Below are positions 13,301-39,294 of a stretch of 64,000 nt of DNA, one piece after another. How positions within the stretch are numbered: the stretch's first letter is position 1; every line of letters starts with the position of its first letter. The DNA is taken from contig NIVC01000244.1 of the NCBI GenBank assembly GCA_002269645.1, positions 432,144-496,143 of the forward strand, read 5' to 3'. The position numbers and the translations under genes are program-made. The notes beneath the pieces are model-generated. The model did not search any database and had not been told where the DNA came from. It saw nothing but the letters and a program-made list of their open reading frames with translations. Source of the stretch: Macrostomum lignano (lineage: Eukaryota).

Positions 13301-15779
13301 ACCACAAGACACACCTTTTTAGAACCTTATGTGTTATAGTGTGTTTTATTGTATGGGCCTAGTGGCTATACCAAAAATCTTGTTTTGCATTTAAGTTAAT
13401 AAAACTTCTGCTTCAGGAATTTATTACTTGTGCCTAAAAATTCTAAAACCTATTTCTGTTGCCTGTTCATCTTTTTCACTAAATCAAGAGGCATTAAGAG
13501 CTTCATTTAGAGCTCTGTGAGATTCATATTTGTATTGAAACTGTTTGGATAGGAGCATAACCATGCCCCCACCCAGATATCTTTTTTACCCTTCTTGAGG
13601 TAGCCATATTGATTTTCTGTTCTGGTCTGTGCAGACTGCTCTATACGTCCATGGCCATAGATTAAAATATTTGAGCTGATGCTGCTTTATTAATAAAACT
13701 TTTTATTATCAGATCAATGTGTTTGGGAAGTCGTGTTTTAAATCGTAGGTTCGTTTACTCGTATATTTGTTGAAATTAAGCAAGAGCTCGTCAATCGTTT
13801 CGCGCTTGTTCCTGCAGTCTATCAATTGTGGGTCTGTAAGCCAAGCATATACCCATAAACTAATACGTGGCTGCTGGCAGCCACACATCACAGGTACATA
13901 GCTGGTTGAGCTTAAAAAGCACTTATTAATTGTATAAGGAGTATGCTATAGTTAAAATAAAAGCATCCTAGCTTTCAAAGCTAGAACGTTACAACGCTAC
14001 CACGCTGAAGAGGGCTCGTACTCTCATGCCAGAGCGAACGCAGAAAAGTCGATACAAAAGAGGCCAAATTGCAACGTAAAAGTGAAAATAAGGCAGCACA
14101 TACTGCCAGTGTTCTCAAACTCTGCTCGAGCAGCTCAGATTGGCCCTGCTGAAACTGAAGTGCAGCATACTGCCAGACTGTGCTCAAAATCTGCTTGTGT
14201 CGAACAAAGCTGAGTGACAGAGTCCAACTTGCAGCGATGCGCCAGACTGGATTCTGATCGACTACCCGCCGAACATAAGAGGTGGGGTTCTCTACAATGG
14301 TTGTCAATTATGTCGACACAAGTTGTTGCTGCGTGTAGCGATTTGTAGCGATTTTTATTTTCATTCCGTTTCCGAACAGCTGAAAGGTACATCTGTGGAG
14401 ATGAACATTTTATTATTAGAGAGATAATGAGTGAACACTTTGTCTGTATTTTTTGCTGTCTTCTTTCTATTCCAATAGGATTCTAGCACCATGCAGATTT
14501 CAAGATATTAAATTATGAGTTCCAAGTTATTTAAGCATGATTACATAGTCTGTTACAATGCTATAACCTTCATGATGCCCCAAAATTATTGATCCTAGGT
14601 AAATCTGATGTCAGTTAAGCAGACCAATGAATTTAAAGTAAATTTAAAGTCAATCAGACCTGATTATTTGGTGTTAGTAAGTGAAATCTGATTAATCTGG
14701 TGATCTTAGACTAGAATTGCTAGTCATAAAAAGTTTTAATTGATGGTCAATAAAAAGATGTTTAAAGTAATTTTTACAAAATTTACCTCAACTTATTCAG
14801 TATGAAATAAGCATAATAACTATCATTAAAAATAACTAAAGCCTAATTCATTACAAATTATACATTAAATGGCAATAAAATTATATTAGGTTGTCCCTGC
14901 TGCAAAGCCAAAAAAATGCTTCTTTATAGGGTTCTTTGCAGTGCCTTGATGAAATATCTAAGCTTTTCATTGTACATGCTCCACACAGTAGGCTTCCGGA
15001 GAAAAAAATCATGACAAAAACTAACATTTATAGCATTTAAGAGCCAACAAAGAGTACCATTTAGTAAAGAAAAAAATGCTTCAAGCTTAATATGTGTGTA
15101 ATAACATATTTCAATTCTAAAAGCTGGCAATTATTCATTTTGATGTAACAGACTACTGGAGAAAATCACTTTGTGCTCTCTAACTATTAAAAAGTATTTT
15201 TATATTGTTATAGAATGTTATACAATAAGTAATATATTAGGCTTTTTCAATAAAAAGCATCGATTTTATGCTAAATTATTTTCTAAAATGTAAAAGTGAA
15301 TAATCCAATTGGATACATCAATTTAGATTAGTTTTTAACATATTCTCATATGAGCATATAGGTGGGATGTCATAATCAATGTTTACTACCAAAACGAAGA
15401 ATATTCGAACCACAGTAAGGTTTATACAAATAAAGCATTACTCATGCATGCATTTAATGCAAATTAACTCAAAACTTTCACCATCTATATTAATTCCTAC
15501 ATTTTTAGCCCTTCTTTTAGCCCTATATAATTTGTAAATTATATAGAATTTTTTTCACACGTGTTCAACGTGGTTGAATTTCCGCCAAAAAAATTATCGC
15601 TGAAAAAGACATATTTTGTCTTTTAGAGGAGCGAAAAAGACTAATTTTACTTAGATTGTAGTAAAATTATTTATAATTCACAGTTTAATGCAAGATTTAA
15701 CCGGCCATACTCATTAGAAAACAGATACAATTTGGTATTACAAAGTTTGAATGGTGTAAACTCGCGATGCCCTCGTTTT

Positions 15780-15911
15780 GACTTTGCCCCTATCGCCACG
15801 CACGCCGTCCACTATCTATTATAGTTCACGATTGGTCAAAGGTCTTAACTTCACTATTTTAAGACTCACATAACTACATAACTGCATTGTCAAAAAACAT
15901 TTTACTATCCC
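15780..15911 (+). promoter_or_regulatory. Candidate promoter and non-coding first exon of the SLC7 gene
   Basis: A small CpG-containing patch in AT-rich DNA, a reverse CCAAT box (ATTGG 15831-15835) and a consensus GTAAGT donor at 15912. The donor could pair with the acceptor TTTTTTAG ending at 16366, 10 nt before the ATG. Confidence 0.45.
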
Positions 15912-16376
15912 GTAAGTATTCTAAACATGCTTATTATGCATTGCGTTATTTTATAATAACTGTCTTTAAAAATGATTCTCGTTTTTAATAAATTATGAAC
16001 TGTTCTTGATTAAAGATTAATATTTTTCTTAGTCATACTAAGTTATTATTTTTCTCATTTTCATTTGTATAACACAAAAATCTAATTTTATCTGGCAGGG
16101 ATAAAAAATCTTTGTTATTGTTTTTAGTTTCCAATTATTTTTAGAATTCAGTTTCTTAACTTTCTTATTAATTTAGACTTGAGAATTAAAACTTATGATT
16201 TAAGTAAATTCTTGTTAAAATAAAAAGCCTAAAATTAGTTTTAATTTTTAGATTTAAGTAATCAACTGAATGATTTTTCTGTTAAAAATAGAAATATCTT
16301 TTGAACCATTCATATACTAAATACAAATAATATGCTAAATTATTGCCATTAATCTTAATTTTTTAGGCAAAGTTAA

Positions 16377-31854
<15,478 letters not shown>

Positions 31855-31856
31855 AC

Positions 31857-32334
31857 GGGTTGCTAGACTGGGGAGAGTGGATTGCTAGACTGGGGAGAGT
31901 GGATTGCTAGACTGGGGAGAGTGGATTGCTAGACTGGGGAGAGTGGATTGCTAGACTGGGGAGAGTGGATTGCTAGACTGGGGAGAGTGGATTGCTAGAC
32001 TGGGGAGAGTGGATTGCTAGACTGGGGAGAGTGGATTGCTAGACTGGGGAGAGTGGATTGCTAGACTGGGGAGAGTGGATTGCTAGACTGGGGAGAGTGG
32101 ATTGCTAGACTGGGGAGAGTGGATTGCTAGACTGGGGAGAGTGGGTTGCTAGACTGGGGAGAGTGGATTGCTAGACTGGGGAGAGTGGATTGCTAGACTG
32201 GGGAGAGTGGATTGCTAGACTGGGGAGAGTGGATTGCTAGACTGGGGAGAGTGGATTGCTAGACTGGGGAGAGTGGATTGCTAGACTGGGGAGAGTGGAT
32301 TGCTAGACTGGGGAGAGTGGATTGCTAGACTGGG
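31857..32334. repeat. 22-bp minisatellite starting immediately after the SLC7 stop codon
   Basis: Unit GCTAGACTGGGGAGAGTGGATT; about 22 almost identical copies. Confidence 0.97.
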
Positions 32335-32765
32335 AAGTGTCATTATTGATCCTGCTCGTGACCTCGTTTTATCTGATCAGCAGGTCAAATGTTTAAGCCA
32401 CTGAATTGCATGCTAAAAATGGTAGGCCCGCATTATTTAAGCCATGCTTTGTTCTACTCTGGCCAAAAAGCCAATATAGTTGTTTGTTGTGTCAATAGTG
32501 GCTCTATATTTATTTACATGATATTAATTTTATCTTTAATTGTGGCACCTGCTGCCTAATGCAATTGCTTAACAGTTATGCTTTTGGAAAAAAGGAATGA
32601 ACCAAGCCTTTTGCTCTTGCCTTCATGCAGCTTTTTCGTATTTTTCCTTGGCAAAGGTAGTTTTCCCTATCTCCTCCTCTAGAAGAGGTAGATCTCCTCT
32701 TCTCCCCGCTTTCTGTCTAATTCAATCAAATGAACTGTCTATGAACTGAATGCACCTCTATAACA

Positions 32766-33212
32766 CACAGATACCAGAATAACTAGATGGGCCACTCAGC
32801 ACGTTTGCGTGCAAACTACTTTCAGTTCAGTAGTTAAACAGAAGCATTTTAATTTATTTTTAAAGTCAAGAGTCATTTATTGGCTCTTACCCCCAAGCTT
32901 AAACCCTCCAAACCGTGCCTTTCCACACTACCCCCCGCCCCACCCCAAGTTTTATTGCCTTTCTCGGAATTCCAGCCTAAAGCTGCCATGTACATTTCCG
33001 TGGACTGGCTAATGTAAATTATTGCTGAACCAATTAGCAAGTTGTTTACCGCCTTCAAGCTTGGGCTTCTAAACTTATCAAAGTCGTTTCATCTGCCTTT
33101 ATTTTTATGAAATAGCTTATGTATTCTTCTTTGCTACTGAACTGGAAGCAGAAAGCTGTTTTATTAAGTATATGTGCCTGAGTGGCCCATCTAGGTTATT
33201 TTAGTATTTGTG
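32766..33212. mobile_element. MITE copy 2 (inverted relative to 1958-2401), 8-bp TSD
   Basis: TIRs CACAGATACCAGAATAACTAGATGGGCCACTCAG / CTGAGTGGCCCATCTAGGTTATTTTAGTATTTGTG. Flanks are CTATAACA (32758-32765) and CTATAGCA (33213-33220). Confidence 0.9.
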
Positions 33213-34129
33213 CTATAGCATTGATATCGCATCAGTGGTGTTTTTACAACAATACAAAACAAACAAAACAATTTGTTTTTACAAAACAAATCTATCGATA
33301 CATGTCGGCAGTTTTAAACAAGTCGATATAGAGCGCAAAAAATGACTTGGTTTGCGAGGGTTGCTAGCTTATACTAAACTGGCTATGCTTAATTAAGCTT
33401 ATTTTAGGCTTCTTCACTTTTATCTTGATCCCTCTTTTACTACTACATGGCTATCTAAGTAGTATTGCTTGAAAATTGTGCTTAAATCAATGCAAACAGT
33501 AGTATATCTATGTCTCCCACAAAACTGCAGCTATATAACTAACTTTTTCTCTCAGATCCTTGTACACAATACAAATCAATAAATGCCCGCTTTGTAGGGC
33601 TGCTTTCTGTGTGCTGTTTAATCTGTTTTTAATTTATTCAATGCACGATGTTTTTGTTTTCTCTGATTGTTCACATTATGCTGGTTTGTGATTGTGAATT
33701 ATTGTACAAGCTGAACTTTTGTTATTTGGCAGTTAATATTATTACTATTCGTAAAACTCTAATATATTTGAACTTTATATTAGTTGTCGGCCGTTGTCTG
33801 CCTTTACAATGCAATTTTAATTTTTTGTCATGCTAATTGAACGCCGAACACAATATTACGCTCGTATATGTGTGTTGTTGCTATGGTAATTTGTTTGCGT
33901 ATGATTTTTCTGCTTTTTTAGTGTTGCTTGATTGTTGGCTTTTTTCCTTTTTCCTGCAGCAGTTTCCCCAACAATTCTTACCTATTGTTGTTTTTTGTGT
34001 ACTTTTAGCTTTTTGGCCCAGATTGTACTTTTTGTGTCTCTTTTAGCCTATTTTTTTCCAGGATTTTCGGTATGAAAGAGGAAATCAATCAATCGTTCGT
34101 TTTTCAGCTTAGGTTTTCAGTACAAAAAA

Positions 34130-34380
34130 TTTGATCACGTGATTGGGACCAGGCCTTGCTGCAATTGGACCGCGGATTGCCACACTGGGGTAGGAGTTTT
34201 TTGGGTGAGGCGCTGGGGCGTGCAATATTTGATCACGTGATTGGGGCCAGGCCTTGCTGCAATTGGACCGTGGATTGTCACACTGGGGTAAGAGTTTTTG
34301 GGGTGGGGCGCTGCGGCGTGCAATATTTGATCACGTGATGTAAGTCGGGCCGCTGCAATTGGTCCGCGGTGTTTGGCAGC
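34130..34380. repeat. 98-bp tandem repeat (2 full copies plus a partial), each with the palindrome ATCACGTGAT
   Basis: TTGATCACGTGAT at 34131, 34229 and 34327. Confidence 0.9.
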
Positions 34381-34743
34381 GGGTTATAGTCTGGCTCAAG
34401 GTCTGAGGGCTGTCATGTACGCAGCGTATAAATTTTATGCTAATATATTACTGCTTTTACAAAGCTTTGCAATTGCAAATTCTGAACGGAAAAATTAGCT
34501 CCGTGTTTTCTGTGTCTCATTGTCAAAACTATTTTTTGTTTTATTAAAACTTTGACTTTTTGACTTAATTATTCAATCATATCTACTTTTAATCGAAAAA
34601 TTATAATAAACGCCAAATCCCCTACGCTAATTTGCCTGCAGCTTCCTAAATTCTGCGATTCAGGCTTGAAAGTGTGTCTGAGGAAAAATTGAATGAAGTT
34701 TTGGCTTGCTTTTTTGTTGCTTTTGTCAAATTGCATAAGTGCT

Positions 34744-35990
34744 TGACAGAACTACCGACTGGGGAACTCCCCTTCCTTAACAAATCCGTGTTTATCTGAC
34801 AGAACTACCGACGGGAATTCCCCCTCCTTAACAAATCCGTGTTTATCTGACAGAACTACCGACTGTGAGAATTCCCCTTCCTTAATAAATCCGTGTTTAT
34901 CTGACAGAACTACCGACTGTGAGAATTCCCCTTCCTTAATAAATCCGTGTTTATCTGACAGAACTACCGACTGTGAGAATTCCCCTTCCTTAACAAATCC
35001 GTGTTTATCTGACAGAACTACGAACTGGGGAATTCCTCTTCCTTAACAAATCCGTGTTTATCTGACAGAACTACCGACTGTGAGAATTCCCCTTCCTTAA
35101 CAAATCCGTGTTTATCTGACAGAACTACCGACTGTGAGAATTCCCCTTCCTTAACAAATCCGTGTTTATCTGACAGAACTACCGACTGTGAGAATTCCCC
35201 TTCCTTAATAAATCCGTGTTTATCTGACAGAACTACCGACTGGGGAATTCCCCTTCCTTAACAAATCCGTGTTTATCTGACAGAACTACCGACTGTGAGA
35301 ATTCCCCTTCCTTAACAAATCCGTGTTTATCTGACAGAACTACGAACTGGGGAATTCCTCTTCCTTAATAAATCCGTTTTTATCTGACAGAACTACGAAC
35401 TGGGGAATTCCTCTTCCTTAATAAATCCGTGTTTATCTGACAGAACTACGAACTGGGGAATTCCTCTTCCTTAATAAATCCGTTTTTATCTGACAGAACT
35501 ACGAACTGGGGAATTCCCCTTCCTTAACAAATCCGTGTTTATCTGACAGAAACTACCGACTGTGAGAATTCCCCTTCCTTAATAAATCCGTTTTTATCTG
35601 ACAGAACTACCGACTGTGAGAATTCCCCTTCCTTAACAAATCCGTGTTTATCTGACAGAACTACCGACTGTGAGAATTCCCCTTCCTTAATAAATCCGTT
35701 TTTATCTGACAGAACTACCGACTGGGGAATTCCCCTTCCTTAATAAATCCGTGTTTATCTGACAGAACTACGAACTGGGGAATTCCTCTTCCTTAACAAA
35801 TCCGTGTTTATCTGACAGAACTACCGACTGGGAATTCCCCTTCGTTAACAAATCCGTTTATCTGACAGAACTACCGACTGGGAATTCCCCTTCGTTAACA
35901 AATCCGTTTATCTGACAGAACTACCGACTGGGAATTCCCCTTCGTTAACAAATCCGTTTATCTGACAGAACTACCGACCGGGAATTCCCT
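34744..35990. repeat. 54-bp minisatellite, about 23 copies
   Basis: Unit TGACAGAACTACCGACTGTGAGAATTCCCCTTCCTTAACAAATCCGTGTTTATC; period 54 (34848 to 34902). There are no unique spacers, so it is not a CRISPR array. Confidence 0.97.
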
Positions 35991-36416
35991 AACCTCCTCA
36001 TTGGACAAGCCCGCACTATTATTTTACATTTGATATCTTGAAAGGCATTCCGTTTTTGAACTGAATCTGGCCCATTGCCAAGTCATGAATGTCTGTCTGT
36101 GTGGTGGCGGTACTGACCGGCTTTAAGTAATCGTTATTTTTATGGGTACGTTAGACTGCTGCTGTAGCTTACATGCTTAGTTGCGAGGGTGCCGTGCAAT
36201 TGACTGCTGACTGGCTTTGGATTAACCAACTTCGTGTACGTATTTGAAGCAGCTGCTTTATACAGTGTTAGACAGTGAAAGGAATTGCAGATGGTGGCCG
36301 TCGTCTGATTCTCGCGCCAACCTTAACTGGACTCGATTCAGTAGTGCCACGGCCGCACACTTTGAATGGACTGCAGTGTACGGAATCCGGATGTTTGTTT
36401 GCTTGGTCTGGTACCT

Positions 36417-36972
36417 TCACACACATTCACATACACGTTCATGCACACATTCACATACACATTCACACACACATTCATGCACACATTCACATACACATTC
36501 ATGCACACATTCGCATACACATTCATGCACACATTCACATACACATTCATGCACACATTCACATACACATTCATGCACACATTCACATACACATTCATGC
36601 ACACATTCACATACACATTCACACACACACATTCATTCACAAATTCACATACACATTCATGCACACATTCACATACACATTCACACACACATTCACATAC
36701 ATGTTCATGCACACATTCACATACACATTCACATACACATTCACATACACATTCATGCACACATTCACATACACATTCATGTACACATTCACATACACAT
36801 TCACACACACATTCACATACATGTTCATGCACACATTCACATACACATTCACAAACACATTCACATACACATTCATGCACACATTCACATACACATTCAC
36901 ACACACATTCACACACAAGTTCACATACACATTCACACACAAATTCACATACACATTCATACACACGCACAC
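36417..36972. repeat. 12-bp-based CACATTCACATA/CACATTCATGCA repeat
   Basis: Direct reading. Confidence 0.95.
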
Positions 36973-37500
36973 ACCGTATTGCAGTCCTTGGCATGCCACC
37001 AGTCGACTATCGCTTTGATTTTCCCGAATCCAACCTGCTAACTAATAACTATTAATAATAAGTCGCAGTTATAGAATCAGTCCACTGCCAGCTTATTGTT
37101 CTCTATTCGCTGGCTCCAAGAGACCGCCAGATGAGTCAGACAGCTAAACTTAGGTCTTGAATCATGACAACGAGGGCTGGGCTACAGCTAGCTGATCTGC
37201 TGTAACAGGCTGGGCTTTTGTCTGGCCGCAGCAACGCAGCTGTGGTGATTTAGGCTGACGACTCTCTGGGCGGGACCTCTAGAGGGCACAGCTACTAAAT
37301 CCCTTGTCCACCTGTTAATACTGTAAACAGAGCTAGCGCTAGAGGCCACAGCTTTGTCTTATGCGGTCCGCTCAGCCAAGAAGACCCAGAACCAGAACCT
37401 GGAGCAGCCATTCGTCCCAGCAGCTCCATTTTCTGTCTGACTGCAGTTGTTCAGTTTAAAAACACAAAAACACGAATTTCTGAGTCATTATTTGGTTACC

Positions 37501-37830
37501 AGGGGTTGTAGCCTAATGGTTAGAACGTCGAACTCACGAATGAAAGGTCGGGGGTTCGATTCTCGCCCCACTCGGAACAGTTTGTGTCCTTGAGCGAGAG
37601 ACTTAACTCTGCATTGCTTCAGTTCACTCAGTTGTAAAATGGGCACCAGCATTAGCTGGGGTAATTGAGGCTGTGTGTGTGCATGGCGACCCCCGGCCAG
37701 TCCTTGGACTGAACAGCCGTACGCAGCCTTCAGATGCTCCGCGCAATAGCTGCGGCTGAGATGTCAGTTGCACATCTGGCCATTGGGGCAGGTGTAATCA
37801 ATTATGATTATAATTATGATTATTATTATT
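37501..37830 (+). mobile_element. tRNA-derived SINE with CORE-like central domain and (ATT)n tail
   Basis: Pol III A box TAGCCTAATGG and B box GGTTCGATTC in a tRNA-like head. It continues with CCTTGAGCGAGAGACTTAACTCTGCATTGCTTCAGTTCACTCAGTTGTAAAATGGG, resembling the MIR/CORE consensus, and ends in ATTATGATTATAATTATGATTATTATTATT. Confidence 0.8.
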
Positions 37831-38338
37831 GGTTAAACCTCAATTAAAGCCTCAAAAGTTTTGAATTAGTTAAACTTCGCTCTAGAATACAGTTAATTTG
37901 TCAACATTAAAATGACACCCAGTTTCACCTTGCTAAGCTTGCATGGTGTCTAAAAATAGGGTTGGGGGTTGGGGAAGAGTTTCCCACTCCAGATTCTCGC
38001 TCAAGACTTTCTTGGCTGAGCCTCTTTGTGTTTCTTCTGGGGGCGCCAGCACCGGGTAAAAACAGCTGTGGAAAATTAGGGGGGGGGGGTCCAGACCGCT
38101 ACGGTTTTCCTTATCGTATTGTGAAGGCATTTGCGCTTGGTTCTGCAGTGCTAGGCGGGGCGGCATGAGGTCAGTCGCACTCTCCATAATTGTCTGTTTG
38201 AGCAGAGCTGGAGTCATGGCCCCCCGGGCCTAGCCTAATAGGATTTTTTATGGCATTAGTGAGTTGTTTCGCTAGAGTGACTCCAGCAAATTGAGCATTT
38301 TGGAATCGCCTGTAATTGTCTTATACTGACTCGAATGC

Positions 38339-38837
38339 ACCCCTGAGCAGCTCCTCTGAATCCCTCTGAGCAGCTCCCCCTGAGCAGCTTTCCCTGAGCA
38401 AGTTCTCCCTGAGCAGCTCCCCCTGAGCAGCTCCCCGTTGAGCAGCTCCCCCTGAGCAGCTCCCCCTGAGCGGCTCACCCTCAGCAGCCTCCCCGTTGAG
38501 CAGCTCCCCTGAGCAGCCCCCCCCCCCTGAGCAGCGCCCCCTGAGCAGCCCCCCCCCTGAGCAGCTCCCCCTGAGCAGCCCCCCCCCTGAGCAGCGCCCC
38601 CTGAGCAGCGCCCCCTGAGCAGCCCCCCTGAGCAGCGCCCCCTGAGCAGCCCCCCTGAGCAGCGCCCCCTGAGCAGCCCCCCCTGAGCAGCTCCCCCTGA
38701 GCAGCCCCCTGAGCAGCGCCCCCTGAGCAGCGCCCCTGAGCAGCCCCTCCCTGAGCAGCTCCCCCTGAGCAGCTCCCCTGAGCAGCTCCCCCTGAGCAGC
38801 CCCCCCCCCTGAGCAGCGCCCCCTGAGCAGCGCCCCA
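38339..38837. repeat. ~14-bp C-rich minisatellite (CTGAGCAGCNCCCC)n
   Basis: Direct reading. Confidence 0.93.
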
Positions 38838-39294
38838 GATCTGAACAGTCCAACATGGGTTGCAGTATGGTGCTTTTACGATTTCTTTAAATTGAAGTTG
38901 ACTCAAGGACTCTATGACTCAGTCTATATAAATAGAAAACCCCCAGCCATGAAGGTCCCGTATTCAATTCGTGCTTGCACTTCAGCTGTCATAGCTTAAT
39001 AGTGCCAACATTCGTAGGAGTAACTACTGAGCTTTTGTCAATTGTGAGCCAGGTTTCAGCTTCTAGCTGTCACAGCTCTTATTGGTTTGGGCGTGGAGCA
39101 GCCAATGGGTGCAGTTTGTCTGGTTTCAGTATTAGCGGTACCTTAGTTTTAGACTGTGCAAGTAGTTAAGAAATAGAGACAATTGATCTTTTACTGTTGA
39201 GTTGATTTTACTGTTGGGTCAAATTTTCCTGAAGTTCTGGTAGGAATATTTCAAGGCATTTCGTTAGGTGAGTTCTATCTTGATTTTTAATGTA

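Noticed and set aside
34744-35990. CRISPR-like appearance of the 54-bp array
   Set aside because: No unique spacers, no cas genes, and a eukaryotic context.
37276-37350. Two CTCF-like motifs (CCTCTAGAGGGCAC, GCGCTAGAGGCCAC)
   Set aside because: Imperfect matches; CTCF is reported absent from flatworms, and such motifs are common in transposon subtermini.
37501-37575. Intact tRNA gene
   Set aside because: The stems pair poorly and the sequence continues into a CORE-like body and (ATT)n tail, so it is a SINE head.
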